DNA from: Candidatus Fervidifonticultor sextus | GTDB taxonomy: Bacteria > Sysuimicrobiota > Sysuimicrobiia > Sysuimicrobiales > Humicultoraceae | Reading direction: 5' to 3' | Assembly (NCBI GenBank): GCA_031459875.1 | Contig: JAVKHQ010000004.1 | Span: 32,001-96,000 of the forward strand | DNA length: 64,000 bases | In this document: positions 17,659 to 27,508 of the stretch, one piece after another | Position numbering within the stretch: the stretch's first letter is position 1 | Layout: each line of letters begins with the position of its first letter | Position numbers and translations under genes: made by a program | Notes under the pieces: model-generated | Seen by the model: only the letters and a program-made list of their open reading frames with translations | What the model was told of the DNA's origin: nothing | Database searches by the model: none

Positions 17659-18866
17659 CGATCCCCGCCGCAGAACCGCAGGATGACATCGGCCAGCACC
17701 CCGGCGCAGATGACCACCGAGCGGAGATCCACCCACTCCTCCGCCGCGTGCGCGCCGGCGCCTTGGGGCCCGAACATCACGGTGGGGATCCCTGCCTGCC
17801 CCAGCAGCGCCGCATCGAACCAGGGCGCATCGCCGACCAGGCGGGGCGGTTCCCCACGGACCGCGCGGACGCTCTCGACGAGCGCCCGGACGACCGGAGC
17901 CTCAGGGTCGATGACAAACGGCGGCCGGCTCAGGAGCAACTCCACCTGGCCCGCCAGACCCGGTGAGGCGCGTCGCGCCTCCTCGAGCAGGCCCTGGAGT
18001 TCTGCGAGCACGCCCTCGTCGCGCTCGCCAGGCAACGTGCGGCGTTCCACCTCGAGCACGCACCGATCCGGATAGGTGCTCAACCCGATCCCGCCCCGGA
18101 TCGTGGAGGCGTGGACCGACGCCCGTCCCAGCAGGGCGTGACGCCGCTGCGGCAGGACCTCGCGGTCCAGGCGGTCTAGCGCCGCGAGCACGTGCCCCAT
18201 GCGGACGATGGCGTCATCGCCGTCCTCGTGGCGGCTGCCGTGCGCGGCCCGGCCTGAGGTCTCGATGCGTGCCCACACGAACCCCTTGTGGGCGATGCAG
18301 ACGTCCAGTGCCGTGGGCTCGGTGACGATCGCGGCCTCGGCCAGGTCGGCGCCGCCGTAGCGCCTGACCAGGTCGGCCGTCCCCAGGCTGGCGTATTCCT
18401 CGTCGGCGACGAACGCCAGCACGACCTCCCCGGCCTCCAGGCCGGCAGCAGCCACGGCGCGGGCGGCCTCCAGCATGGCCGCCAGACTCCCCTTCATGTC
18501 GTAGGCCCCGCGGCCGTAGAGCCGGCCGCCGATGACCACGGCGGCCAGGGGCTCCCGCATCCCAAAGACGCCCACGGTGTCCGTATGGCCGTTGAGCAGC
18601 AGACGCCGGCCGGGCCGCGCTCCCCGGACGCGCGCCACCACGTTGAACCGGCCGGGCGCCACCTCGTCCAGGCGCACGTCGAACCCGGCGGCGCGACACT
18701 CCTCAGCGAGGAGCCGGGCGATGGCCCCTTCGCCCGCCGCGCCATCCACGAGGGAGGGATTCACCGAGTCCGTGGCCACCAGCCGACGCAGCAGGTCGGT
18801 GAGCCGCTCGCGGTTGACCCGCCGCACGTGCGGCGGGATGGCCGGTACCGAAGGTCGGTCAGGCAT
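17655..18866 (-). CDS. M20 family ArgE/DapE-like deacylase
   Basis: LLLNGHTDTV, YGRGAYDMKG, ADEE, EPT, AHKG, GRAAHGS, GAHAAEEWV. Confidence 0.9.
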   Translation of the reverse strand: MPDRPSVPAIPPHVRRVNRERLTDLLRRLVATDSVNPSLVDGAAGEGAIARLLAEECRAAGFDVRLDEVAPGRFNVVARVRGARPGRRLLLNGHTDTVGVFGMREPLAAVVIGGRLYGRGAYDMKGSLAAMLEAARAVAAAGLEAGEVVLAFVADEEYASLGTADLVRRYGGADLAEAAIVTEPTALDVCIAHKGFVWARIETSGRAAHGSRHEDGDDAIVRMGHVLAALDRLDREVLPQRRHALLGRASVHASTIRGGIGLSTYPDRCVLEVERRTLPGERDEGVLAELQGLLEEARRASPGLAGQVELLLSRPPFVIDPEAPVVRALVESVRAVRGEPPRLVGDAPWFDAALLGQAGIPTVMFGPQGAGAHAAEEWVDLRSVVICAGVLADVILRFCGGDR

Positions 18867-20112
18867 GGCGCGCCTCCAGATGCCTGCGCGCGGCCGCGCG
18901 CGCGGCATCAACGAGCGCGGCCGCCGACGGCGCATCGGGCGCCGCCCCCTCCGCCGCCTCGGGCTTCCCCCCACCCCGGCCCCCAAAGCCCGCCAGCGCG
19001 TCCCGCAGGATGGCCGTCGCGTCCAGTCCGAGGTCGGGACTGCGTACCACCAGCAGACGGCGGTCGGGATCCGCAGCCAGAATGGCCACACACCGCGCGC
19101 GAGCGGTCAGCGCCCGGGCCAGGCCGCGGAGGTCCTCGATCGGCCGGCCGGCCAGGACGGCGCCGACGACGCGCAGGTCGGGCAGGCCGGCGCCCTCCTC
19201 TGGGGCCCGGACGGCCGCGAGCTGTAGACCCCCGGCCTCGCCGATGAGTTGGTCGGCCTCGGCCTCCAGGAGGCGGGTGCGGGCGTCGGTCAGGTCGCGT
19301 TCGAGACTGTGCAGGCGCTCCCGCAACCGGGCGACGGCCGAGGGGAGGTCGGCTTCGCCGGTCGTCAACTGCCCGACCAGGTCGCGCAGCAGCCTGCGGC
19401 TCCCGTGGTAGTCGCGCAGCACCCGCCACCCGCAGAGGAACTCCACCCGCACCCCGCCCTTGTACCGCTCCCAGCCCCGCACGACGACGGCGCCCACCCC
19501 GCAGGTGGTGCGGACGTGCGTCCCCCCGCAGGCCGAGCGGTCAAACCCCTCCACCTCCACCACGCGGATCCGCCCGCGAGGCTTGGGCGGTCGGCGCAGC
19601 CCCATCGCCTCGGCCTGTGCGGGCTCGACCTCGTGGATCAGCACCGGCCGGTTCTCCAGGACGACGGCGTTGGCCAGGCGCTCGGCGGACTCCACCTCGG
19701 ACGCGGTCAGCGCTGGCGTGGCCAGGTCCAGGGTGCAGGTCTGACCCATGTGCACGGCAATCGTCTGGGCGCCCAGCGTCCGGAGGAACGCCTGCGAGAG
19801 GATGTGCTGGCCGGTGTGCTGCTGCATGTGGTCGAACCGCCGCTCCCAGTCAATGCGGCCGTGCACGCGGTCGCCGGCCTGCAGAGCCCCGGACGCCTCC
19901 AGAACGTGCCAGATCTCGTCGTCTTCCTCCCGCACATCCAGGACGCGGCGACCGGCCAGTTGGCCCCGGTCGCAGGGCTGCCCGCCTGCGGCGGGATAGA
20001 AGGCCGTCCGGTCGAGGGCGACGGCCAGCCCGCCGTCCGCGGCGCGGACCGCCGTCACGGCCGCCTCGAACTCGCGGAGGTAGGCGTCCTGGTGGTAGAG
20101 CCGCTGCGTCAT
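18859..20112 (-). CDS. alaX: Alanyl-tRNA editing protein AlaX-L with DHHA1 domain
   Basis: TQRLY..DAYL.EF, LDRTAFYP..GGQP.D, RFDHMQQHTGQHILS, ACGGTHV, GGRGGG. Confidence 0.92.
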   Translation of the reverse strand: MTQRLYHQDAYLREFEAAVTAVRAADGGLAVALDRTAFYPAAGGQPCDRGQLAGRRVLDVREEDDEIWHVLEASGALQAGDRVHGRIDWERRFDHMQQHTGQHILSQAFLRTLGAQTIAVHMGQTCTLDLATPALTASEVESAERLANAVVLENRPVLIHEVEPAQAEAMGLRRPPKPRGRIRVVEVEGFDRSACGGTHVRTTCGVGAVVVRGWERYKGGVRVEFLCGWRVLRDYHGSRRLLRDLVGQLTTGEADLPSAVARLRERLHSLERDLTDARTRLLEAEADQLIGEAGGLQLAAVRAPEEGAGLPDLRVVGAVLAGRPIEDLRGLARALTARARCVAILAADPDRRLLVVRSPDLGLDATAILRDALAGFGGRGGGKPEAAEGAAPDAPSAAALVDAARAAARRHLEARHA

Positions 20113-23066
20113 CCGCTCACCCCCCCTGGTGCAGGGACATCAGGCCGGGACGCCCGGGCCATGGCGTCCGCCAGGACCTCCACCAGGTGCTTCGCCCGCC
20201 GGCCCGTCCCGTGGGCGATCTGCTGCCGGCACGAGACGCCCATCGCCACGACCTCGGCGTCGGCGGGCAGCCGCCGCACCGCGGGCAGCAGCCGGCGCTC
20301 GCCGATGGCCATGGACAACGCGTAGTGCTCGCGCTCGAAGCCGAACGAGCCGGCCATCCCGCAGCAGCCGGAATCCACCTCCTCCACCTCAAACCCGGCG
20401 GCACGGAGCACGCCCACAGCGGCGCGGGTCCCCACGATCGCCTTCTGGTGGCAGTGGCCGTGGAAGAGCACCCGGCGCCCGCCGGCCGCCAGAGACATCG
20501 GCCGCCCCCCATCGGCGCGGGATCCGGGCCAGCCGTGCGCCTGCACGTGATGGGCCAGGAACTCGTCGATGAGCAGGGTGTGGTCCGCCACGAGCCGCGC
20601 CTGGGGCCCCGGGACCAGGTCTGGAACTTCATCCCGGAATGTCAGGATGCAGGACGGCTCGCAGCCGACGATCGAGACGCCGGCCCGGGCAAAGGGGAAC
20701 AGGCGCTGGAGGTTGGCCTGTGCGTGCGCTTTCGCGCTCCGAAGCAGCCCCTTGCTGATCATCGGCCGGCCGCAGCAGTCCACCGTCGGGACGATGACCG
20801 CGTAGCCAAGCCCTTCCAGCACCGAAACCGCGGCGCGGCCGATCCCGGGATCGTTGTAGCGCAGGAACGTGTCGGCGAAAAGGACGACCTGCGGCGGGGC
20901 GCCGCCTGCCGGCGACCGTGCGGCCAGGTGCCGGGCCCACCAGGCGTCGAACGTGGGGCGGGCAAACGTCGGCAGCGGTCGGCGCCGGTCGATGCCGGCT
21001 GCGCGCTCCAGCAACCACCGGGCAGGGGTCGACTGCACCAGCCACGTGGAGACGGGCGCCAGGCGGGTTCCCAGGCGGTTGAGCCGGTGGATGCCCCCGA
21101 AGAGGCGGACGCGCAGCGGCGCGCCGTGGGCCTCGTGGTATCCGGCCAGGAACTCGTACTTCAGTTTGGCCATGTCCACGTTGGCCGGGCACTCGGCCTT
21201 GCACCCCTTGCACTCCAGACACAGGTCCAGGGCGTCGTAGAGGCGGCGGCCGGTCAACTCGGAGGGCGGCAGGCCCCCCGACAGCACCGCGCGCAGGAGG
21301 TTGGCCCGGCCCCGCGTCGAGTGTTCCTCCTCCCGCGTGACCATGTAGGAGGGGCACATCGTCCCCTCGGTGGTCTTGCGGCAGGCGCCAATCCCGCTGC
21401 ACAGTTCGACCGCCGCCGCCATCCCGCCGTCGGCACTCCAGTCGAAGTGTGTCCGGACGGACAGCGTCCGGTACGACGGCCCGTAGCGCAGGCCCTCGGT
21501 CATGGCCGGGGCCTCGACGATCTTGCCGGGGTTCATCACCCCCTGGGGATCGAAGGCCGCCTTGATGGCGCGGAACGCCTGGTAGAGCCTGGGGCCGAAG
21601 AACCGCTCGACGAACCAGCCGCGCACAATGCCGTCGCCGTGCTCGCCGCTCATCGTCCCGCCGAACTCGATGACCAGGTCCCCGACGGCCTCGGCGACCG
21701 CCTGCATGGTGGCGATCTGCCGCGCGTCCTTGAGGTCCAGAAGGGGCCGGACGTGGAGGCAGCCGACGCTGGCGTGGGCGTAGAAGGCCGCGCGCAGCCC
21801 GTGGCGGTCGAGCACCTCGCGGAACCGGCGGATGTAGGGCGCCAGGCGCTCCGGGGGCACCGCGGTGTCCTCGACGAAGGCGATCGGCTTGGCATCGCCC
21901 TTGATCCCCTGCAGGAGCCCCTGGCCGGCCTTGCGCACCCGCCAGATGTTGTCCTGGGAGAGGGGGTCCAGCGCGCGGACGGTCGCGTACCCCATCCCCG
22001 CCTGGGCCAGCGAGCGCTCCATGGTGCTGAGCCGGTCCAGGACCGCGTCGCGCTCGTCTCCGGCGAACTCCACGACCAACAGCGCGTCCGGGTCGCCTTC
22101 CACGAAGGTCATGCGGCGCGCGTACTCCATCTGGGCCCGGGTCAACTCCAGGATCATCCGGTCGATCAGTTCCACCGCCGAGGGGCCGTGGGAGAGAATC
22201 GTCTGGGTCGCCTCCAGGGCCTCGAGCAGGTCGCGGAAGTGGACCACGGCGACCGCCGTGTGCTGCGGGCGCGGCACGATGCGCACCGTCGCCTCGGTGA
22301 CGACCGCCAGGGTTCCCTCCGATCCCACGATGAGGCGGGAGAGGTTGAACGGCCGCAGGAACATCTCCGGGAGGTTGTACCCGCTGACGCGCCGGAGGAT
22401 CTTCGGGTAGCGGCGGTCGATCTCGTCGCGGTTGGCCTCCGCGATCTCGAGCACCGTCCGGTAGAGACGACCCTCACGGGACGGCTCCTGCCGCACAGCC
22501 GCCAGCGCCACCTCGTCCAGCGGCCCGGGCGCGATCTCCGTGCCGTCGGCGAGCAGCGCGCGCAGGCCCACCACGTGGTCGACCATCTTGCCGTAGACGA
22601 TGGAGCGCGCCCCGCAGGAGTTGTTGCCGATCATGCCCCCCAGCGTGGCACGGTTGCTGGTGGCGGTGTCCGGACCCAGCCGCATCCCATGCGGGGCCAG
22701 CGCGCCGTTGAGCACGTCCTGGACGACCCCGGGCTGCACGCGGGCGACTCCACGGCTCGGGTCGATCTCCAGGATCCGATCCATGTACTTGGAACAGTCG
22801 ATCACCACAGCCCGGCCCACCGACTGCCCCGCCAGGCTCGTCCCGGCGCCGCGGGGGAGCACGGGGACCCCTGCCTCGGCACACCGCCGTACCGTCGCCG
22901 CGATGTCGTCCGCGTCGCGCGGGACGACCACGCCGATGGGCAGGATCTGGTAGAGGCTGGCATCGGTGCTGTAGAGGATGCGGGAAACCTGGTCGAAGCG
23001 CACCTCGCCCCTGACGGAGGCGGCGAGCGCTTTCGTCAGACGGTCGAAGTCCCGGTCACCCATCAT
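20109..23066 (-). CDS. FAD-binding and (4Fe-4S)-binding oxidoreductase (GlcD-GlcF fusion, YdiJ-like 2-hydroxyacid dehydrogenase)
   Basis: YSTDASLY, RGAGTSLAGQ, ATLGGMIGNN, GSEGTL, GEHGDG, CSG.GAC, CLECKGCKAECP, CCG motifs. Confidence 0.92.
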   Translation of the reverse strand: MMGDRDFDRLTKALAASVRGEVRFDQVSRILYSTDASLYQILPIGVVVPRDADDIAATVRRCAEAGVPVLPRGAGTSLAGQSVGRAVVIDCSKYMDRILEIDPSRGVARVQPGVVQDVLNGALAPHGMRLGPDTATSNRATLGGMIGNNSCGARSIVYGKMVDHVVGLRALLADGTEIAPGPLDEVALAAVRQEPSREGRLYRTVLEIAEANRDEIDRRYPKILRRVSGYNLPEMFLRPFNLSRLIVGSEGTLAVVTEATVRIVPRPQHTAVAVVHFRDLLEALEATQTILSHGPSAVELIDRMILELTRAQMEYARRMTFVEGDPDALLVVEFAGDERDAVLDRLSTMERSLAQAGMGYATVRALDPLSQDNIWRVRKAGQGLLQGIKGDAKPIAFVEDTAVPPERLAPYIRRFREVLDRHGLRAAFYAHASVGCLHVRPLLDLKDARQIATMQAVAEAVGDLVIEFGGTMSGEHGDGIVRGWFVERFFGPRLYQAFRAIKAAFDPQGVMNPGKIVEAPAMTEGLRYGPSYRTLSVRTHFDWSADGGMAAAVELCSGIGACRKTTEGTMCPSYMVTREEEHSTRGRANLLRAVLSGGLPPSELTGRRLYDALDLCLECKGCKAECPANVDMAKLKYEFLAGYHEAHGAPLRVRLFGGIHRLNRLGTRLAPVSTWLVQSTPARWLLERAAGIDRRRPLPTFARPTFDAWWARHLAARSPAGGAPPQVVLFADTFLRYNDPGIGRAAVSVLEGLGYAVIVPTVDCCGRPMISKGLLRSAKAHAQANLQRLFPFARAGVSIVGCEPSCILTFRDEVPDLVPGPQARLVADHTLLIDEFLAHHVQAHGWPGSRADGGRPMSLAAGGRRVLFHGHCHQKAIVGTRAAVGVLRAAGFEVEEVDSGCCGMAGSFGFEREHYALSMAIGERRLLPAVRRLPADAEVVAMGVSCRQQIAHGTGRRAKHLVEVLADAMARASRPDVPAPGGVSG

Positions 23067-23095
23067 CAGGCGCGAGCGGCCCACACGGTTCGTCG

Positions 23096-24277
23096 TCAGG
23101 CGTGCAGCGCCAGGTGCTGCGCCAGCAGGAACTCCTGGCAGGCCGCCACCCCGGCACCCGGCGGGACCGCCACGCCGGCCATCCGGAGCGCCAGTTCGGT
23201 GCCGCCGACCGTGGCGATGACCTCCAGGTCGCCGAGCGCGCCCAGGTGGCCGATCCGGAAGACCCGGCCCTTCAGACGTCCCAGGCCCGTGCCCAATGAC
23301 AGATTGAGCCGCTCGGCGGCCCGGAGCACGTCGTCGGCGCTGGCAGTCTGGGGCACCACGACGGCCGTCAGGGTGTTCGAGTACTCCGCAGGGTCTTCAC
23401 AGAGGATCGAGAGTCCCCAGGCCCGGACCGCGCGGCGCACGGCCTCGGCCAGCCGCGCATGCCGGGCCAACACCTGCGGCAGGCCCTCCTCCAGCAGCAT
23501 GCGCAGTGCCTCGCGCAGGCCGTAGAGCAGCAGCGTCGCCGGCGTGTAGGGGAAGTACCCGCGGCGCATCTCCTCAATCACCGGCCGCCAGTCGAAGAAG
23601 TACCGGGGGGCGCCGGCCCGGGCGCTCTCGGCGAGGGCCCGCGGGCTGACGCAGAGGATGGCCATCCCCGGCGGCAGCATCAGCCCCTTCTGGGAGCCGG
23701 TCAGCGCCACGTCCACGTCCCACTCGTCGAAACGGAAGTCGATGCTGCCAAGCGCACTGACCACGTCCACCAGCAGGAGGGCCGGGTGTCCGGCCGCCCG
23801 CATGGCGTCCCGGATCGCCTTGAGATTGGACGTGACCCCGGTCGACGTCTCGTTGTGGACCACCAGCACGGCCCGGATCCGATGGCCGGGATCCCGAGAC
23901 AGTCGATCGTACACGAGATCGGAGGGGACCCCGCGGGTCCAGGGGAGGTCGACCTCGTCCACCACGGCCCCCACACGCCGCGCGCATTCCGCGTAGAGGT
24001 GGCTGAAGTGTCCGGTGTTGAAAGCCAGGACGCCGTCGCCCGGACTGAGGGTGTTCACAATGGAGGCTTCCCAGGCGCCTGTCCCAGAGCCAGGATAGAG
24101 GACGATCTCGCCGCGGGACGTCTGGAACACCTGCCGCAGCCCGTCGACCACCTCCCCGACCAGCGCCGGGAGTTCGGGGCCGCGGTGATCGGGCACGGGC
24201 CGGTCCATGGCCCGCAGCACACGGTCGGGCACGTTCGTCGGTCCCGGGATCTGGAGAAAGTGCCGGCCCGCTCTCAT
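23096..24277 (-). CDS. Serine-glyoxylate / alanine-glyoxylate aminotransferase (class V)
   Basis: GRHFLQIPGPTNVPDRVLRA, SGTGAWE, VHNETSTGV, GSQKGLMLPPG, FPYTP, FRIGHLG. Confidence 0.92.
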   Translation of the reverse strand: MRAGRHFLQIPGPTNVPDRVLRAMDRPVPDHRGPELPALVGEVVDGLRQVFQTSRGEIVLYPGSGTGAWEASIVNTLSPGDGVLAFNTGHFSHLYAECARRVGAVVDEVDLPWTRGVPSDLVYDRLSRDPGHRIRAVLVVHNETSTGVTSNLKAIRDAMRAAGHPALLLVDVVSALGSIDFRFDEWDVDVALTGSQKGLMLPPGMAILCVSPRALAESARAGAPRYFFDWRPVIEEMRRGYFPYTPATLLLYGLREALRMLLEEGLPQVLARHARLAEAVRRAVRAWGLSILCEDPAEYSNTLTAVVVPQTASADDVLRAAERLNLSLGTGLGRLKGRVFRIGHLGALGDLEVIATVGGTELALRMAGVAVPPGAGVAACQEFLLAQHLALHA

Positions 24278-24363
24278 CGGCGCCACCGCTTCCGGCTGCG
24301 GTGCTGTTCGTGGTGCGGGGGGGCGGTCTCCTGCAGCGACCGCCCGCGCCGCATGCGCGCGTG

Positions 24364-24392
24364 TTGACAGCGCCTCGGGCTCGTGCTACCGT
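24364..24392 (+). promoter_or_regulatory. sigma70-type promoter of the cold-shock gene: TTGACA-N17-TACCGT with extended TG
   Basis: Consensus -35, exact 17-nt spacer, about 65 nt upstream of the ATG. Confidence 0.7.
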
Positions 24393-24457
24393 CGTCGGGA
24401 CAGGTACGACGTGCAAGCGGCGCATCTGGATATCACCCAGGAAGGGACGTGCAGTAG

Positions 24458-24658
24458 ATGGTGACAGGAACGGTCAAGTGGTTCAACGCGGAGAAGGGCT
24501 ACGGGTTCATCTCCGTGGAGGGCGGCAAGGACGTCTTCGTGCACTACTCGGCGATCCGGGCGGACGGGTTCCGCAGCCTCCAGCAGGGGCAGCAGGTCCG
24601 GTTCGAAATCGTCGAGGGTCAGAAGGGTCCGCAGGCCGCCAACGTCACGATCCTCTAG
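24458..24658 (+). CDS. cspA: Cold-shock protein
   Basis: [39 protein letters not shown]. Confidence 0.97.
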   Translation: MVTGTVKWFNAEKGYGFISVEGGKDVFVHYSAIRADGFRSLQQGQQVRFEIVEGQKGPQAANVTIL

Positions 24659-24681
24659 CCGACGCGAGATCGTTGGGCCAC

Positions 24682-24714
24682 GCGCGGCCCCGGGCACCCT
24701 GCCCGGGGCCGCGC
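24682..24714 (+). terminator. Perfect 15-bp GC stem-loop after csp
   Basis: GCGCGGCCCCGGGCA-CCC-TGCCCGGGGCCGCGC; only a weak U-rich tail. Confidence 0.55.
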
Positions 24715-24729
24715 CGTCTGTGCGGTTCG

Positions 24730-24758
24730 TTGCCTGCCGCAGGAGGCCCTGATACAAT
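24730..24758 (+). promoter_or_regulatory. sigma70-type promoter for yggT: TTGCCT-N17-TACAAT
   Basis: Near-consensus hexamers, 17-nt spacer, TG extension. Confidence 0.65.
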
Positions 24759-24804
24759 CAATATGCTCCACCCGTCAGTACGGCGTCCACGATGGGGAGG
24801 CCGG

Positions 24805-25068
24805 ATGCCGGACCTCGCGGAACTCCTGGACCTCGTCATCCGACTGCTGAGCCTGTTCATCTTCGTCCACGTCATCCTCTCGTGGATCCCGGGCATACGG
24901 CCAGACCATCCGGTGGCGCGGGCCGTGCACCAGGTGGTGGCTCCCATCCTGAACCCGATCCGTCGGCTCATGCCCCCGGCGGGCGGGCTCGATCTCTCGC
25001 CGATCGTGGCGATCATGCTGCTCTACCTGGTGCGGACGCTGCTGGGGGAGGTCCTACAGGGGTTCTAG
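24805..25068 (+). CDS. yggT: YggT family membrane protein
   Basis: VILSWIP, P+L.PIRRLMPP.GGLDLSPIVA; GGGGAGG RBS. Confidence 0.9.
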   Translation: MPDLAELLDLVIRLLSLFIFVHVILSWIPGIRPDHPVARAVHQVVAPILNPIRRLMPPAGGLDLSPIVAIMLLYLVRTLLGEVLQGF

Positions 25069-25096
25069 GCACAACGCGCACCGCGGAGGAACCGAC

Positions 25097-25339
25097 GTGG
25101 TCCAGGCTTATGTCCTGATCCGCATCCTGCCCGGCAAGCTCGCCGAGGCGCTCGCCCAGATCCAGAAGACGCCTGGGGTCAAGATGGCCCATGCGGTCAC
25201 CGGCCCGACCGACATCATCGCCTTCGTGGAGACCGAGAGCATGGACACCCTGGGCCGGCTGATCGTGTCGCGGTTCCAGGAGACCCCCGGGGTCACCCGC
25301 ACGACCACGTGCGTGGTGACCCCCGTCAGCAGCGCGTAG
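25097..25339 (+). CDS. Stand-alone Lrp/AsnC ligand-binding (RAM) domain protein
   Basis: VQAYVLI...PGK, AHAVTGPTDIIA, GVTRTTTC; no HTH. Confidence 0.88.
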   Translation: MVQAYVLIRILPGKLAEALAQIQKTPGVKMAHAVTGPTDIIAFVETESMDTLGRLIVSRFQETPGVTRTTTCVVTPVSSA

Positions 25340-25345
25340 GGTCGG

Positions 25346-26512
25346 TCAGCGGTCCGGCCCGGGCAGGACGCCGATGGCGACCAGCGCCGGGATGGCCAGG
25401 GCCACGGTGGCCATCAACGTGGTGGTCAGGCCGATTCGGTCGGCGACGGCGCCGACCAGCGTCAGGGACACGCCCGCGGTGCCCCAGGCCATTCCGGTGA
25501 CCAGGCTGCTGGCCAGGCTCGCGCGGCGCGGCAGCATCTCCTGGGCCATGACGATCGCCACCGGCGCCGCCAGGTAGAGCGCGAACCCCCCCAGCGCCAG
25601 CGGCACCAATCCCCAGGCGCTCCGGCTCATCCCGAAGAGCAGCAGCAGCGGCGCGCTGGCGACCAGCGAGAGGCTCATCACCGCCCGCCGCCCGATCCGG
25701 TCGGCCAGCGCTCCCCCGGTGAGGCCTCCCAGGGCGCCGATCCCGCCGAAGAGGAAGACCGCGGTCCCGCCGACGACCAGCGACTGGCCCCGCTCCCGCA
25801 GGAGCAGCGGCAGAAACAGGATGTGGGAGAGGATGATCACGCTGCGCAACACGACGATCAGCCAGATGAGGGCCAGCGACCGTCCGTGCTCCTGGACGTC
25901 GCTGCGCCACCCTGCCTCGGGCCGCAGCGCCCGGACGTGCCACGATCGCGCCGCCCACCAGATGGCCAGACACGCCGCCACCCCTGGCGCCGCGGCCACG
26001 ACGGTGCCCCCCAGGCCCAGGGTTCCCACGACGGCGGCGATGTAGAGCGGGCCCAGCGCATAGCCCAGCTCGCCCCCGGCGACGAAGATCGACAGCCCGG
26101 TGGCGCGGCGGTCGGCGCTCACCGTGCCCGCCAGCGCGAAGGATTGGGGATGGAAGGAGGCCGTGCCGACGCCGGCGACCAGGAGCATAAAGAGCATGAC
26201 CGGATACGACGGTGCCAGCCCCAGCAGGCCCATCATCAGGACGGTGAGGGCCGGGCCGGCAATGGTGAACACCGGCCGGGCGATGCGGTCCGCCACGAGC
26301 CCGAAGAACGGTTGCGAGAACGCGGCCGAGACGTTGAACATGGTGCCCAGGAGGCCCGCCAACGCCAGCGTCAGGCTGAACTTCGACACGACCAGCGGCA
26401 GCAGGGGGCCCAGGAACGCGGCGTAGAGGTCGTTGGTGAAGTGCGCGAACGCCATGACCAGCACGCGCAGCCATCCCACGGCGGGGGACCTGACCGGGGG
26501 GCCGCCGCTCAC
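25346..26512 (-). CDS. MFS transporter (Fsr-like)
   Basis: AHFTNDLY, QPFFGLVADR, ASFHP, GGELGYALGP, GALADRIGRR. Confidence 0.92.
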   Translation of the reverse strand: MSGGPPVRSPAVGWLRVLVMAFAHFTNDLYAAFLGPLLPLVVSKFSLTLALAGLLGTMFNVSAAFSQPFFGLVADRIARPVFTIAGPALTVLMMGLLGLAPSYPVMLFMLLVAGVGTASFHPQSFALAGTVSADRRATGLSIFVAGGELGYALGPLYIAAVVGTLGLGGTVVAAAPGVAACLAIWWAARSWHVRALRPEAGWRSDVQEHGRSLALIWLIVVLRSVIILSHILFLPLLLRERGQSLVVGGTAVFLFGGIGALGGLTGGALADRIGRRAVMSLSLVASAPLLLLFGMSRSAWGLVPLALGGFALYLAAPVAIVMAQEMLPRRASLASSLVTGMAWGTAGVSLTLVGAVADRIGLTTTLMATVALAIPALVAIGVLPGPDR

Positions 26513-26528
26513 CAGGTCTCGACCGGCA

Positions 26529-27485
26529 TCACCGGCCCTCGTCCGGGATGAACACCTCGTTGGCGCCGCTGTAGCTCCCGCCCGGCCGCGGGCCGCCGCT
26601 GATCACGTAGATCCGGTCGCGCACGGCCACGGCCGCCAGGCCGTGGCGCGGGGTCGGCATCGGCGCCCGGGCGGTCCAGGTGTTCGTCGCCGGGTCGTAC
26701 ATCTCGTTTTCCGGATAGGTCGTCAGGCGGCCCAGTTCCCCGCCGAAGACGTAGATGCGGCCGGCCGCCACCGCGGCGGCGATGCCGCTGCGCGCCGTGG
26801 GAATCGGCGCGCCGGACACCCACGTATCGGTGGCCGGATCGTAGACCTCGGTCACGTTGACGTTCTGCCCGCCCCGACGGCCCACGAAGGTGTAGATCTT
26901 GCCGGCCACGGCCGCTGCGGCGTGGTGGTTGCGCGGCGTCGGGATGGGTGCGCGGCGCCGCCAGGTGTTGGTCGCCGGATCAAACGCCTCGGTGATCGGG
27001 GTGTCGGCCTGACCCGGTCCGGTGCCTGAGAACACATAGATCCGCTCGCCCGCCACTGCCGCCGCCAGGGCGCCCCGCGGCACCGCCATCGGCGCGCGCG
27101 AGGTCCACCGGTCGGCCGCCGGATCGTACTCCCAGACCGCCTCCGTGGGACTCCATCCGTTGACGAAGCCACCCAGGACGAAGAGCCGGCCCCCAACGGC
27201 GACCATCGCCGCATGGTGGAGGGGCACCGGCAGCGAGGCGCGCCGGCGCCAGGCGTTGGCGGCCACGTCGTACTCTTCCAGCGCGCCGGTGATGCCGCCG
27301 GGGACGAAGCCCCCGACGATGTAGATCCTCTCGTCGATGGCGGCTCCCGCGACCTCGGTCCGCTCGGAGAGCATCGGCGCCCTGGCCTCCCACCGTCCCA
27401 GGCCTCCGGGGCTCGAGGCGGCCGGTGCGAGACCGAGCGACGCGGCCAGGACTCCCGCGCCCAGCGCCGAGGCGATGGCACGCAT
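26529..27485 (-). CDS. Secreted Kelch-repeat beta-propeller protein
   Basis: Signal peptide and six Kelch blades (IY+.GG...E.YDP.T..W...APMP..R...AA). Confidence 0.9.
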   Translation of the reverse strand: MRAIASALGAGVLAASLGLAPAASSPGGLGRWEARAPMLSERTEVAGAAIDERIYIVGGFVPGGITGALEEYDVAANAWRRRASLPVPLHHAAMVAVGGRLFVLGGFVNGWSPTEAVWEYDPAADRWTSRAPMAVPRGALAAAVAGERIYVFSGTGPGQADTPITEAFDPATNTWRRRAPIPTPRNHHAAAAVAGKIYTFVGRRGGQNVNVTEVYDPATDTWVSGAPIPTARSGIAAAVAAGRIYVFGGELGRLTTYPENEMYDPATNTWTARAPMPTPRHGLAAVAVRDRIYVISGGPRPGGSYSGANEVFIPDEGR

Positions 27486-27508
27486 GGGCGTCGTCGCGTC
27501 GGGAGGAC

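Noticed and set aside
19617..23525. Very long antisense or alternative-frame ORFs (e.g. 1302 aa here; also 37647..40790, 42979..46269, 61552..63912, most of 33452..36526)
   Set aside because: These are shadows of real genes caused by stop-codon scarcity at about 70% GC; they are Arg/Pro/Gly-rich with no family motifs.
26529..27400. Roughly 140-bp periodic repeats that could be mistaken for a CRISPR or tandem array
   Set aside because: They are degenerate Kelch coding repeats inside one ORF; no identical direct repeats with spacers and no cas genes.
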